From the NCBI RefSeq assembly GCF_000143415.4, contig NW_003314262.1:5225876-5289875 (forward strand): a stretch of 64,000 nt of DNA, given 5' to 3'. Position numbers and translations under genes: made by a program. Position 1 is the first letter of the stretch. Every line of letters begins with the position of its first letter. Shown here in pieces: positions 13,153 to 24,800 of the stretch. The notes under the pieces were generated by a model, which was not told the DNA's origin, searched no databases, and saw only the letters and a list, made by a program, of their open reading frames with translations. The DNA is from Selaginella moellendorffii. Lineage: Eukaryota; Plantae; Lycopodiophyta.

Positions 13153-14843
13153 CTATCGGCTGATATTGTTGAGTGCCAATTCCGACACTGGAAGTCCGCC
13201 ATTACCTAAGCTTGAAGCTCCCGAAGACTCGGACATATAGAGAGGAGCCAAGACGCTCGTCGCGAGCTCCGGAAGCTTGTTAAAGTTGTGCAGCTGCTGC
13301 TGCTGCTCCTGTGGGGGAGAAGTGATGATCGACGCAATGGCAGCGGCCAAAGCGGCCGTAAATTTTGGATCCGACGTGATCGCCGCGCTCACGCTCTCGG
13401 CCAGATGATTGTTCGAATGACTCGAGCTCCTCTGTGGTTGCAACAAGTTGGAGCTCGAGTTCCCCGAGTTGTTCCCGTCGTGAAAGATCATCTCTTGCTC
13501 GCGGCGATCTTCCCGCTTGCTCTCGCCAGGAACCACAAACCTGGTAGCGGCAGGAAGAGGATTTGAAGCCCCGGGGTTTGTGGTGAGATCCAGAGTGACG
13601 GTCGGGAATGGCGTGGTGGCGGAGATGGTTGGCGCCCCGGTCAGCATCCCGGCCATGAAGCTAAGATCGGTGCTACTGGCGGTGGAGCCGGAGAGGAGCA
13701 TGGTGGCGGCGGCGGAGGTGGTGGAAGCCATGCTCGTCGCCGCCGGTGGGAGCTGATGGTTGTGGGATCCCTCGTAAGTTGTGACGAGGACGCTGGTATC
13801 GTCGGCACACCTTTGGACTTGTTTTCTCACGGGGCATCCCGAGGCCATGGTGCAGCGGTAGTAAGCTCGCGGGCATGGGTTGCCTTTGGCCATCTTTTGG
13901 CCGTATTTTCTCCACTGGCAGCCATCGTTCATCTGTGGATATGGAGGAGTTAGAGAAGCTTTCAAGGAAATATTGAAGTGTGCTTACTGTTGGAGCTTCG
14001 CATCGAGCACGAACCGAGACACGGACTTTGTGCAGCATCGATTCCAGGTGCTCTGGTTGGTTCTGGAAAACGATTTTTCCCTGCGTGCCAAATTGTTGTT
14101 GCTGTTGCGGCTGCTGCTCGTTTGGTGGAGAGCTTGGATTGACGTCTAGTTTCTGCAAGAAAAACACATTTTAGACCAAATAAAATTACTTTTTTTCTTC
14201 TCCTAAAGAGAAAAGTTGCTATTTTTTATAAGGAAAGAAAGAAAAAAAAGTACCTGAGGAGATGGCGCTTTTTGTGATTGTTGCTGGATCAATGCCATGG
14301 TCTGCACCTGAAAGTTTTGGTACTCGGCTTTCACTTGATCCAGCACCGCCCGCAATCGCTCGTTCTCTTCTCTCATTCGTGTCATCTCAGCGTGAACTTC
14401 GACGAGCTGAAAGGCAAAAAAACATGAAAAGTCAGATCAACAATGACTCAAAAGAAGAACTAAATCTTTCCACTTACTTGGTTCTTGAGCTCCTCGTTTC
14501 TGGGAGACAGTGGCGGCGAGTAGTCCTCCACGGTAGATTTATCGCTGGCCACGCGGCCCTCCAGTTTGAATTGCGGAGACCCTCTGGAGATCCTGGGGCT
14601 CTCGCACTCCTGCTCCCCAAAGTCCTGCTTGATCAGCGCCGCCTTCCTCAGGAAAAACGGGGTCTCCCTCTTCAGATCCATCTCCTCGGCGCCCGCATCG
14701 TCCTCCTCGCTCAGCGCCAGAGACAAATCGATCGACTTGACACGGTCCCGCCGCCCGGCCATTCGCTTGCGAAACTTTGGCGACGGCGCGCCGGGGTCCG
14801 GATCGTCAATCCTCCTCCTCTTGAGATCCTCAGCTCTATCCAT
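13153..14843 (-). CDS. WRKY: WRKY transcription factor, group IIb (WRKY6/31/42-like)
   Basis: Coiled coil [12 protein letters not shown], then [41 protein letters not shown], a C-x5-C-x23-H-x-H finger, FPTVTLDLT and [16 protein letters not shown]. Confidence 0.93.
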
Positions 14844-15033
14844 GAACAGCAAAGAGGAGACTTTCGCCTTCTCGATGATCACACACCCTTGGAAGAATTG
14901 CTGGGCTTTATTAGCGGCGAGAAGTTCCAAGCCGATACGCTACGCAAGCGACCACACGTGGAATCCGTAGAGCAAATCTCTCGACTGGAAGAAGAACGGG
15001 GAGAGCGCTGGAAGCTATAGAAAACGAAATGGA

Positions 15034-15312
15034 TTGACCGTGCCCTCTCTTCCACGCACGGGGTATTTCTAGAGAAACTTTCCACGATGCCCAAGGACGA
15101 GGACGGGGGAGACGGTGACCACGCGTGACACGGTCAAAATAGGCAAAATTTCTCGCGAGGCGACCAACCAACCAACGTAGTTTCCCGGCGCCAAACACGC
15201 GGGAAGCTTCCGGCACTGGCAGACAACCCTTGGATCCCGACCATCAACGGCCGGTCTTACGTGCACGTTTTCCAGAAGCTCCAAAAGACAGTACGGTTGA
15301 CTGCCAGTCAAC
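15034..15312. promoter_or_regulatory. Cluster of four W-boxes (TTGACY) in the WRKY promoter
   Basis: ttgacc at 15034, ggtcaa at 15132, and the inverted pair gttgactg-c-cagtcaac at 15296-15312. Confidence 0.55.
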
Positions 15313-16199
15313 AGTCACTGTCGGGGTCGTCGATTGCGTCTTGGAAAAAAGAGGAGCGCCCGCAATTCGACCGACTTCTAGTCTTGCATTTCTTTCCTCT
15401 CTTTCTTCATTTTCTTCGTAGGTTTTGGTTGTTGTCATTGTTGCTTGAGGACGTTAGTGTGGAAACGCGAGAACTGGATAGTATGGTCCTCGTACTGTAG
15501 GCTGTAGAAAAGCGAAGCCTTATACGTCCAAGGCTTCTACGGTGTGTATGTGCAAATCTTTCCACCTCGCATTGAAACCTGGGACCGGGTGTTTGGATCG
15601 CACTTTCTTTGGTTGAAGTTTTGGAATTTTCCTCGTTGCCGTGTCATTTAGTCTCTTGCGTCCATCCATCCAGACGCACCACAGAGAAGCAGCCACGAAA
15701 CCAGCAAGGAAGAGCCCCACTTTCACGAGTCTTGTGGAGGTTAAAGAAAATATCAACGCATGCCGACAAGAGGTCTATTTCTTCCTGTCGTTTTGGTTGC
15801 CCAGTCCAGTCTTGGGCGGTAAAAGCTTAGAAAATCTTAGAAAGTGGTGCATCGAAAGTAAACAGCAAATCACTAAACGATACTAAAGCATAGAGATTTC
15901 CAGAGGGGCAAGAAATTCTAGGGACCCGACCTAAGTAAGACTCATGGTTTGTGAGCCAAAGGTATTTCTCGAGGTAAAGTTGATGTATCAAGAATCTTTA
16001 GAGAAACTGCATCCTAGAATTCTGTTTGTGGTCATGGTTTTAATCCAACGCTGCAAAAACGGTTATAAACTGAGAGATCTCGGTTTGCCTTACTGAGAGC
16101 TAAGTTGGCCAGAGTTGGCATAAACCCTCTCAACTTCTGTGAAGAATTCAAGCAATGCTAGCTCTCAATTTCGAGCTGGGATTTACGCTTAATTCTATG

Positions 16200-17385
16200 T
16201 TAAGGCTTTGCCGACAGGCTGGATAGCAGAACATAGCTACACTCAATATCCTCGCTCTCCATGCAGCAGCAAGTATACCACTTGGACAGAGCAAAGTCGT
16301 ATGCAACAGGAGGCCACACCCCAGGGCTTTCCTTCCTGTAGAAGGCCGAGATGAAGGCAGTGTCCCCGACCAGCCTCACTTTGAGATCCTTGTCCCGAAC
16401 TGACAAATCACAATCGGGTCCAAACAGGTCGTTGGACAGAACCCGGGACACCAACACCCACGTTGAGTTTTCCTGTTTCATCTCCCAGATTGCCACTCCA
16501 AACATCTTCAAACAGAAGCGACGCCAAGTAGCATTTCCCCTTGTACATGAAGGCACCGATGTATCCAAAAGACCAGTTTGCCCAGCTCTCGTCTTCCTCT
16601 TCTTGTTCGTTACGTGCCGGTGGTGAGATAACCGCGTGAGACCAAGTTCTGGAATGCGGATCATAAGCTGGAAATATGTTTTCTCCGGTGTAGAAGAAAG
16701 CACAGCCCCGTAGAGGTGATCCCGACAAGTTTGATGAGCTTGACGTGCTGAAGAACGGGCTTTGGTGCCAAGAACATGAATCTGATTCATACTGCAGCGA
16801 GAATATTTTATCGTCGTCGTCATGGATCTTCTGGTACAGTATCGCAAGTTGGTAAGAGCTGCTGACAGCATCTGTTTCCATGCCGATGTCGAGATAGGCT
16901 GGCTGTAGACGATCCAGCGCTGGCTGTAGGCGATCCGCCGGGTCAAGTGGAGCAGGAGGAAGTGTCTTCCACACGTTGGTGATTGGATTCCCCACAGCAA
17001 AAGTCATCCAGTCTGTGTGTTCCATGAGCATCCCACAGACAAGTCCGTTGGAAGAACACAAGCCCACGAAGCGCGAACCCGACGGGCCTAACGGAAGACT
17101 GCACCTCTTACGCTGGAGGCTATGCGGACGCCATAGCTCGGTGTGATTCTCTAGCCTCATGCCATAGTCAAAATGCTCCTCATCGTAACAGAGACACTTG
17201 CTTCAATGGTCACGCTGAGAAGAAGTAAAGAAACACTTACATGTCAAAGGGAAGACCCGTGCGCACCCTGAGCACGGCCCAGGGTTCCAGCGGTGGCTTG
17301 TACAGCTGCACGAAACGAGGAGAGCGCACAGCGTCATACCAGGACTTGCACACGGCCTGCAATGTGAACAGGCCCTCATTTCCCC
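16200..17385 (-). pseudogene. F-box (kelch/FBA-like) gene, 5'-truncated and frameshifted
   Basis: LFTLQAVCKSWYDAVRSPRFVQL is the second half of an F-box, and the first half is replaced by AT-rich DNA. VGLCSSNGLVC...VGNPITNVWKTLPP is typical of F-box-associated domains. Frame change near 16410 (VWTRL*, then CDLSVRD...). Confidence 0.75.
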
Positions 17386-17582
17386 ATTAGACTAGCATAA
17401 TACTTCAGATGTCAAAATTATAGTTTTTTATCTAGCATTTTTTATCCTTTAGGCAAGAAATGCTTTGTCATGCTCCATAGCAAAGACAGGGAAGCTTTTC
17501 CAGCGAAAAATCCACCACTTTTTTTTTTGTTTTTTGTTTTTTTGTTTTTTGGTTTTCTTATTAGGAAATTTTATCCACTTTA

Positions 17583-18390
17583 ATGACCTATTTTGTTATG
17601 AGGGTTTCTTTGAGGATTCCTATTCTTTTACTAATACTTCTCAAAGTAACAAATCTGACTATTCAAGCAGATGTAAATTGGGATGCTCTTTCACTTTATG
17701 ATTTTATTAGTAAAGGAGACATTAATGATATTGGAAAATTTTTAGTCAAAATGACGAATACGAAAATAGTGGAAACATATAAATACTATGGTGCGCATAC
17801 TTGGACTGATTATCTCTCTTTGTCTGATAAAGTTATTGAAGTTACTATCTGGATAAGGCCTAATGGCATGTGTAGTATGTCTATGAGCTTTTATTTGATA
17901 TTTTACAAGAGGCTCAAGTGGGAAACTAGTTGCTACTTTAAATTATGTTGGTATCAAATATAAATTATTAAATGCTAGAAAATACAATTCTAAGAATATC
18001 AATAGGCTGAATAATACTTATACAAATGCAATTTTTAATTGTTGGATTTACAGATCTACTCTTATGAGTGGTGAAAAACACGACTTTGGATCTTCCTTAC
18101 TCAATTCAAATTCTCTAATTTCTCCAAATGGAGAGTATGAATTAAGTCTAAATAAAGATTGTAATTTAGTGTTAACTTGGAAAAGGGTGTATAGTTTATG
18201 GGAAAGTGGGACTACAAATAAAGGTACTGGCTGTTGGTTAGTTTTAGAGATTAGTAATAAAAGATATGGAGATATGGTTTGTAAATAGCAATTGTCCAAC
18301 ATGTAAATCAACAACACTTTCTGTAGAAGATGATGGATTTGTCTATATTATTAGTTCAAATGATAATAAAATATTAAAACATTTTCCTTA
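17583..18390 (+). pseudogene. Secreted bulb-type lectin gene with unrecognised N-terminal domain; frameshifted and internally deleted
   Basis: Signal-like MRVSLRIPILLLILLKVTNLTIQA. SLISPNGEYELSLNKDCNLVL...LWESGTTNKGTGCWLVL, then LSVEDDGFVYII in another frame. Frameshifts near 17870-17920 and 18290-18315. Confidence 0.78.
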
Positions 18391-18547
18391 ACAACTTCTT
18401 TGTTTAAAATTCTATCAACTTAAGGTGCTTGTAAACACTAATCATGGTGGGGTAAAATTGAGGCTGGGTATACTTGCTGCATAGCTATGTGCTGCGTCAC
18501 AATTGGGTTCTTTAAATTTGTGTCAATTGAACAGGAACGATGCCCAA

Positions 18548-18735
18548 TAGCATTTCCCCTTGTACATGAAGGCATCGATGTATCCAAAATATCAGTTTGT
18601 CCACCTCTTCTTGTTAGTTGCGTGCTGGTGGTGAGATAACCACATGAAACTAAGTTCTTGTTCTCCCCAGTGTAGAAGAAAGCACAGCCTCGTTGAGGTG
18701 ATCCTAATGAGTTTGAAGTTGAAGAACAGGCCTTG
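18548..18735 (-). pseudogene. Decayed duplicate of an internal segment of the adjacent F-box gene
   Basis: tagcatttccccttgtacatgaaggca.cgatgtatccaaaa...ggtggtgagataacc...gtgtagaagaaagcacagcc aligns with 16528-16762, with CpG transitions and deletions. Confidence 0.85.
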
Positions 18736-18894
18736 GACTCGATCTCGGACCACCCATTAAAGCCATTCCACGGGCACGGGCTCGCTCGTTCCCTCCAGAA
18801 CGTGCTCGCCAGGCTAACACCTGGCTCGCCCGTTCTGGGCGGGAACGTGCTCGCCCTACTTGCACATCAAATGCTAGAATCTGGTTTGACATAC

Positions 18895-19030
18895 AACATC
18901 ATTTTGTCCACAAAAACCACTGATGGTGAAATCAACTTGGTCCACATACCAACATATATACAAGTTGCAGACTTTTTACAAAGGCACTAGAAGAATCCAC
19001 AATTGAGAGTCCAAGATTGAACTTAGTTAA
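18895..19030 (+). mobile_element. Ty1/copia RNase H C-terminal fragment
   Basis: With frameshifts it reads HHFVHK..DGEINLVHIPTYIQVADF.TKAL, matching the copia HFVRE...QxADxxTKAL end. Confidence 0.7.
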
Positions 19031-20386
19031 TATAGTTAATTGATATATTCACTCTTTATTCTAGGTTTCCTCAATGCATAAGAGAGTTCTTGTTCTTAGT
19101 GCATTGAGCTAGCAAGCTTTGCCTCTTTCATTTAGTAGATTTGCACTTTTGAACAAATCTAGAAGATCCAAAAAACTAAAGATATGGAGTTTGAAATTGC
19201 AATTTGGTGTAAACAATTAAATTTTTATTCTACTTTAGTCATTTAATTACACCTTTGACCACTTGGAGGAGTATCTATTAGCTAGACAAAGATTTAAATG
19301 TTTTAAACATTTTTAACTAAAAACAGTCTTATAAGGGTTAGTTGCAATAATTCAAAACATGGGTGCTTCCATTATATTTAAATTTCTAAGAATCAAACTT
19401 TTTAGGTGTTGTATAATATAATTAATTAAGAAAATAACTTTATTTTAGTTATGTAAAGATTATAGATATAAGTGTTGTATTTATACATTGTTTCTTAAGT
19501 GGGAGTTTTCATTCTTGATATTTAGAAGTGTATGTAACTATTTTTTTTATTAATTTATTTCTTAGTTTACTTTTAATACTAAAAAATATTAATATGATTT
19601 TCAAATGATTCAACTTTATCTTCATTTACAATAATTTTTAAAATGATACTTTTGAAATATAAACCATTTTTTTTCTTTTCGGGTGCGTCAATCTTTTTTT
19701 CTTGGATTAGTCGATTATAGCTTTTAAACGCACCTATCGCCCCAACTATGCAGGTGTAAGCCACAAATTTTTCCTTTCCAATTTGCCAGCTTACCTCGTC
19801 TATCCGACCAACACTGCCTTGCCTTGTGCTAAGTTCCCTCGCCAAGGTTCCTGCCTATTGTACTAGCTCCTACTTGGTTCTACTTGGTTTCAGCTACTCA
19901 CTGCACGAGCAACGGAGCATTAGCCATCCATTCACGGATTCCCAAATCTCTCCCAATCCCCCTCCTTGGGTTAGACTAGACTTAAGGTTCGGCTATAGTC
20001 CCCGCAGGCACAAGCAGCCAAGCACACCAAGCCTCCAGATTCCTAACACCCCTTGGTACAACAAGACTTGATCATGGGACCCTTTAAATCCCAAGCCTTG
20101 GGTGCAACACTTGCTTCGGGACATCGGGGCGAAACACCATGGCCTAACGGCCCGGTATGGGTACCTCTACCCCCCACTTCCATCCCGAAGGGAAGGCCCA
20201 AGCCCCTAGGAAGGGCAAGGACCAATGAGCCACAAGGTACTCAAGTGGGGCACCACTCCACATAAGCCGGGAGCACTGCAGTTGGTTTCCCTTTCGGGAG
20301 TGGGAGTTACTCTTGAGCACTTCCCTGGGTGGCCCCTCCAGCATCACCCAAGCCCATGCTCACTCCCACCCAAGGCCCCTCGGCCC

Positions 20387-20747
20387 TGTCAGGAATTCCC
20401 CAATTCTTGCCACATTCTTGACTCTTGCCGGATTCCTGACCTGCAAACCACATTCCTGACTCTCGAGACACTTCCCTATTCCTGACTCTCGAGACACTTC
20501 CTGATTCCTGAGTCTCGAGCCACATTCCTGATGATGATGTGGCGCCTCCTCGACCTCAGCTATATTTAGGCCGTCCTCGATTCAAGAGTGGTGGAGCTTC
20601 ATCAACCTATAGTATATATAGGTTAGCCTTGTTCCATTTCTCCACAATCTGAATCAACACCAGTCTAAGGCTTCTTCTTTGTTTTCACTAGCTTTTTCTC
20701 TTTGTCTTTAGCATTTTCCAGTCTTGATCTTGTTGGGGGTCTTGACA
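20387..20747 (+). repeat. 5' LTR (361 bp)
   Basis: TGTCAGGA...TCTTGACA termini, TATA at 20613-20620, internal 26-bp repeats. Confidence 0.95.
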
Positions 20748-20844
20748 GTTTGATTCAGATTGTGGTTTTTGCTTTTCTTTTAGCTCGCTTTGATTGTTTG
20801 ATTACCTTTGCCTTTTTTTCCCCCTTTTTTCTTTCTTCTTGCCA

Positions 20845-21816
20845 ATGGAGTCTCCAAGCCATCCTGATTTCTTTGCTGAAGTCCCTGCAAAAATCCAGTC
20901 TGAGAATACTGAGCTGAAGGCGACCCTTCTTCGCATGCAGCAGGAGCTTGCTTCACTTTCGGCTCAAGGATCCAGCAAAGTTCCTGAACCGAAGGTGAGC
21001 TTCCTGGCGAAATTTTCAGGCAAGCGTTCGAAGCTTCGCGGATTCCTGAACCAGATGGAGTTGATCTTCGCACTTCAACATCGGCGGTACCCTACTCTCG
21101 AGTCTCAAATCGGCGCAATTGGGACGTTGCTCGAAGGTGCAGCTTTGTCATGGTTTTCTCCTCTTTTGGAGAAGAGCATGAAAGGGGTCGTGGTTCCAGA
21201 ACTAATGGATCTTCAATTGTTCAAAGAGAAGCTCGAAGCATGTTTTGGCGAGACGGATCGGGTTCGGGCTGCTACCACAAAGATGAGACGTCTCTCTCAG
21301 GGGTCTCGTCCTGCCTCGATCTACGCTGCAGAGTTCCAACTCCTTGCTTTGGACACTCAGTGGGATAAGTGGGCCTTGATTGACCAATTTCATTTCGGCC
21401 TCAACAACGGTGTCAAGGATTTGTTGCTCACCATGGAGGATCCCAAGGACCTGTCGGATGCCATCAACAAAGCTGTTCGATGTGACAATCGTCTCTTTGA
21501 ACGTCGTCAAGAAAGTCGCCGCGCCGCTGTTTTTCCGTCCCAGACTCAGGAATCCCAGCTTGAGTCTTCGGGGCATACTCCTGAACCTACTGCTCCGGTT
21601 CCGATGGATATTTCTGGTACTCCCCGACTCATTAGAGGGAAGTTGAGTCCTGCTGAGAAGCAACGTCGAATATCTCATAATCTTTGCCTCTATTGTGCTG
21701 ATCCTAATCACAAAGTAGCTGTATGTCCCAAGAAGCCTCCTCGACTGCTCGAGTTCACTCTGCCTCAAAGTCCACCTCTATTGCAGTCGGGAAACGACCC
21801 TGTCCAAACAGAGTAG
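20845..21816 (+). CDS. gag: Retrotransposon Gag (PEG10/sushi-like)
   Basis: KFSGKRSKLRGFLNQ, LLEGAALSWF, LSQGSRPASIYAAEF, PVPMDI and zinc knuckle CLYCADPNHKVAVC. Confidence 0.92.
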   Translation: MESPSHPDFFAEVPAKIQSENTELKATLLRMQQELASLSAQGSSKVPEPKVSFLAKFSGKRSKLRGFLNQMELIFALQHRRYPTLESQIGAIGTLLEGAALSWFSPLLEKSMKGVVVPELMDLQLFKEKLEACFGETDRVRAATTKMRRLSQGSRPASIYAAEFQLLALDTQWDKWALIDQFHFGLNNGVKDLLLTMEDPKDLSDAINKAVRCDNRLFERRQESRRAAVFPSQTQESQLESSGHTPEPTAPVPMDISGTPRLIRGKLSPAEKQRRISHNLCLYCADPNHKVAVCPKKPPRLLEFTLPQSPPLLQSGNDPVQTE

Positions 21817-24800
21817 GAGCTGTCTGTTTGGACTCCCCGAATAAAAATCACTTTTCTTCTTTATCAAGCTCCTCACCACCTTTCATCACAGCCACCACCA
21901 ATTCCCGCAACTTCCGCGTCCCATGTCTCCTTTCTTTCACCGGACAATCAGGACTCAAGGCTCTGGCGTTACTGGACTCGGGTGCAACTTCCTGTTTCAT
22001 GGACACGGACTTTGTTGCCCGACATCACGTTCCTCTTTCTCCTACCATACGGGATTTGAGGGTGGAAGGCATCGGCGGGCATTTTGTGTCTCCATCTTCT
22101 GGACTTAGGGAAATGTTGCCTGTTCGAGTACACATCGGGTCCACCGTCACCGATATCGCCTTCAACATCATCAACAGCAAGTCCTCCTCTGTGGTGCTCG
22201 GTCTTCCTTGGTTCCAACTACATTAGCCTCAAATCTGTTGGAAGGAATTACAGCTCATCTCTCCCACGGCTTCCCCTACTGTTCATCAAGTCCGAATCAG
22301 GAAAAGTTCCCTAAACTCAAATCGGGGTTCTATTCCTGACTCTATAAAGTTTTCACCCTCTTCTTTTTCCTCTCTTCCATCTTACACTAGACCGTATCCT
22401 CGTCTCATCATTCCATTTAGTCGTACACCTCCTCCTATCTCCACAATCACTATGAAAGAACTCCTTCATGAAGAACCTCTTTTTCTTTTTGCTTTGCATG
22501 TTTTTCCTGTCAGTCTTCCTGAGAAGTATCATGATTTTGGGGATGTGTTTGACAAGAAAAAAGCTAGTGTACTGCCTGTTCATCGGCCTTATAATTGTCC
22601 CATTGATTTACAGGAAGGAGCGTCACCTCCGTGGGGGCCTATCTACAGGTTATCCCCATCCGAGCTTAAGGCCCTCAAAGAGTACGTGGATGAGAACCTT
22701 GCCTCGGGCTACATTCAGCATTCGCAGTCCCCGGCTGGAGCGCCTGTCTTCTTTGTCAAGAAGAAGGATGGGAGCTTGCGGCTAGTCATAGACTACCGAG
22801 GTTTGAACAAGGTGACTGTTCGGAACCGTTATCCGCTGCCCCTGATCTCGGACCTGTTGGAACGTCTCGGCGGTGCCCGCTTCTTCACCAAGATCGACCT
22901 CCGTGGAGCATACAACCTGATCCGGATCCGGCCTGGTGATGAATGGAAGACTGCGTTCCGAACCCGCTATGGCCACTTCGAGTACACTGTCATGCCATTT
23001 GGCTTGACAAATGCTCCAGCAGTTTTCCAACACATGGCGAACGACGTCTTTCGGGAGTTTCTTGATCAAATGGTGATCGTCTACCTCGATGACATCCTCA
23101 TCTACTCAAAAACTCAAGAGGAGCATGACGAACATGTACGCAAGGTGCTAGCGAAGCTGCGAGAACACGGCCTATATGCGAAGCTTGAGAAATGTTCCTT
23201 TGATCAGCAGTCTGTGGAGTTCCTTAGGTACATTGTCACTCCTGAGGGTATCATGATGGATCCTGCCAAAGTCAAGACTATTCTCGAATGGGAGCCTCCA
23301 CAATCAATGTCGGACATTCAGGTTTTCCTTGGCTTCGCCAACTTCTACCGCAAATTCATTGATCACTACTCTAACATTGTCCTTCCTCTCACACATCTCA
23401 CTCGCAAGGATGTTCCCTTCTCTTGGTCTGCTGTTGCCCAGCAGGCCTTCGACACACTCAAGGCGGCCTTCAGTTCTGCTCCTGTCTTGATCCATGCTGA
23501 TTCCTCACAACCTTTCTTCATCGAGGCTGATGCCTCTGACTTTGCCATTGGTGCTGTGCTGTCTCAACTCGGAGCGGATCACGAACTTCATCCGGTCGCT
23601 TTCCATTCTCGGAAATTCCAGCCTGCGGAGATCAATTACGAAATCCACGACAAGGAGCTCCTTGCCATCGTGGATTCTTTTGGAGAGTGGCGCCGTTTCT
23701 TGGAGGGGGCGAGCCATCAAACAACAGTCTGGACGGATCACAAAAATCTCGAGTACGTTGCCACTTCCCGAGTTTTAAGCCGTCGTCAAGCAAGGTGGGC
23801 ACAATTCCTAAGTCGGTTTGACTTTGTTATCAAGTACAGACCTGGAAAGTTTCAAGGCCTTTCTGATGCTCTTTCAAGGCGCTCCTATCTCAGTCTCAGG
23901 CCTAGTAATCCTGCCTTCGATCAACAGGATCAAGTTATCCTCGGTCCTGATCGGCTTCAAGTTATGGCAATTTCCCTGGCCCCTCAGGACTCCTCCTTGA
24001 TGGATGCAATCAGAAACGGTCTTCAATCCGATGATCTCGCTAGCGATATTTTCCCCCATCTTCAGGCTGGACACCCAGTGACTCCCGACTGTCGGCGATT
24101 TGACGAGTTCGAGTTCTTAGATGGTTTATTGTACCTCGGGGAGCAGCTTTACGTTCCTGAAGGTGATGCTCGAAGGTTGGTCCTGATGGCGTGCCACGAT
24201 AGCCCGACTGCTGGTCACTTCGGCATTGCGAAAACCTATGAGCTAGTTGCACGGGACTTTTGGTGGCCTCACATGGACGACTACATCAAAGCTTTTGTTA
24301 CCTCCTGTGACACTTGTGCCCGGAATAAGGTACCTCGCCACCTTCCTTCAGGTTTGCTTCGGTCCCTTTAGGTCCTTGGGAATCCATCTCCATGGATTTC
24401 TTGAGTGATCTTCCGAGTTCTAGAGGCTTCAACAGCATTTTAGTCGTGGTGGATCGCTTCACAAAGATGGCGCACTTCTTGCCATGTACCAAGGAGTTTT
24501 CGGGCGAGGACATGGCAAAACTGGTATTCAGGGAAATTTTCCAACTTCATGGGATTCCTACAGATGTGGTTTCAGATCGGGGGCCTCAGTTCATCTCTCA
24601 TTTCTGGCAACGGTTTTTGCAGCTGCTTGGAGTGAAGGCCAACCTCTCTTCAGCATATCATCCTCAAATTGATGGGCAGTCCGAGCGAATGATTCAGACG
24701 TTGGAACAATTCTTGAGGTGCTTCATCAACTATCATCAGGATAACAGGTTCGATATCCTTCCTCTTGCTGAGTTCTCCTATAACAACTCTGTTCACTCCT

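Noticed and set aside
16093-16168. Possible miRNA-like hairpin (tgagagcta...tagctctca)
   Set aside because: The stem is short and heavily interrupted, and I recognise no mature miRNA.
20453-20530. Regularly spaced 26-bp repeats resembling a CRISPR array
   Set aside because: There are no unique spacers, the repeats are internal to both LTRs, and the context is eukaryotic with no cas genes.
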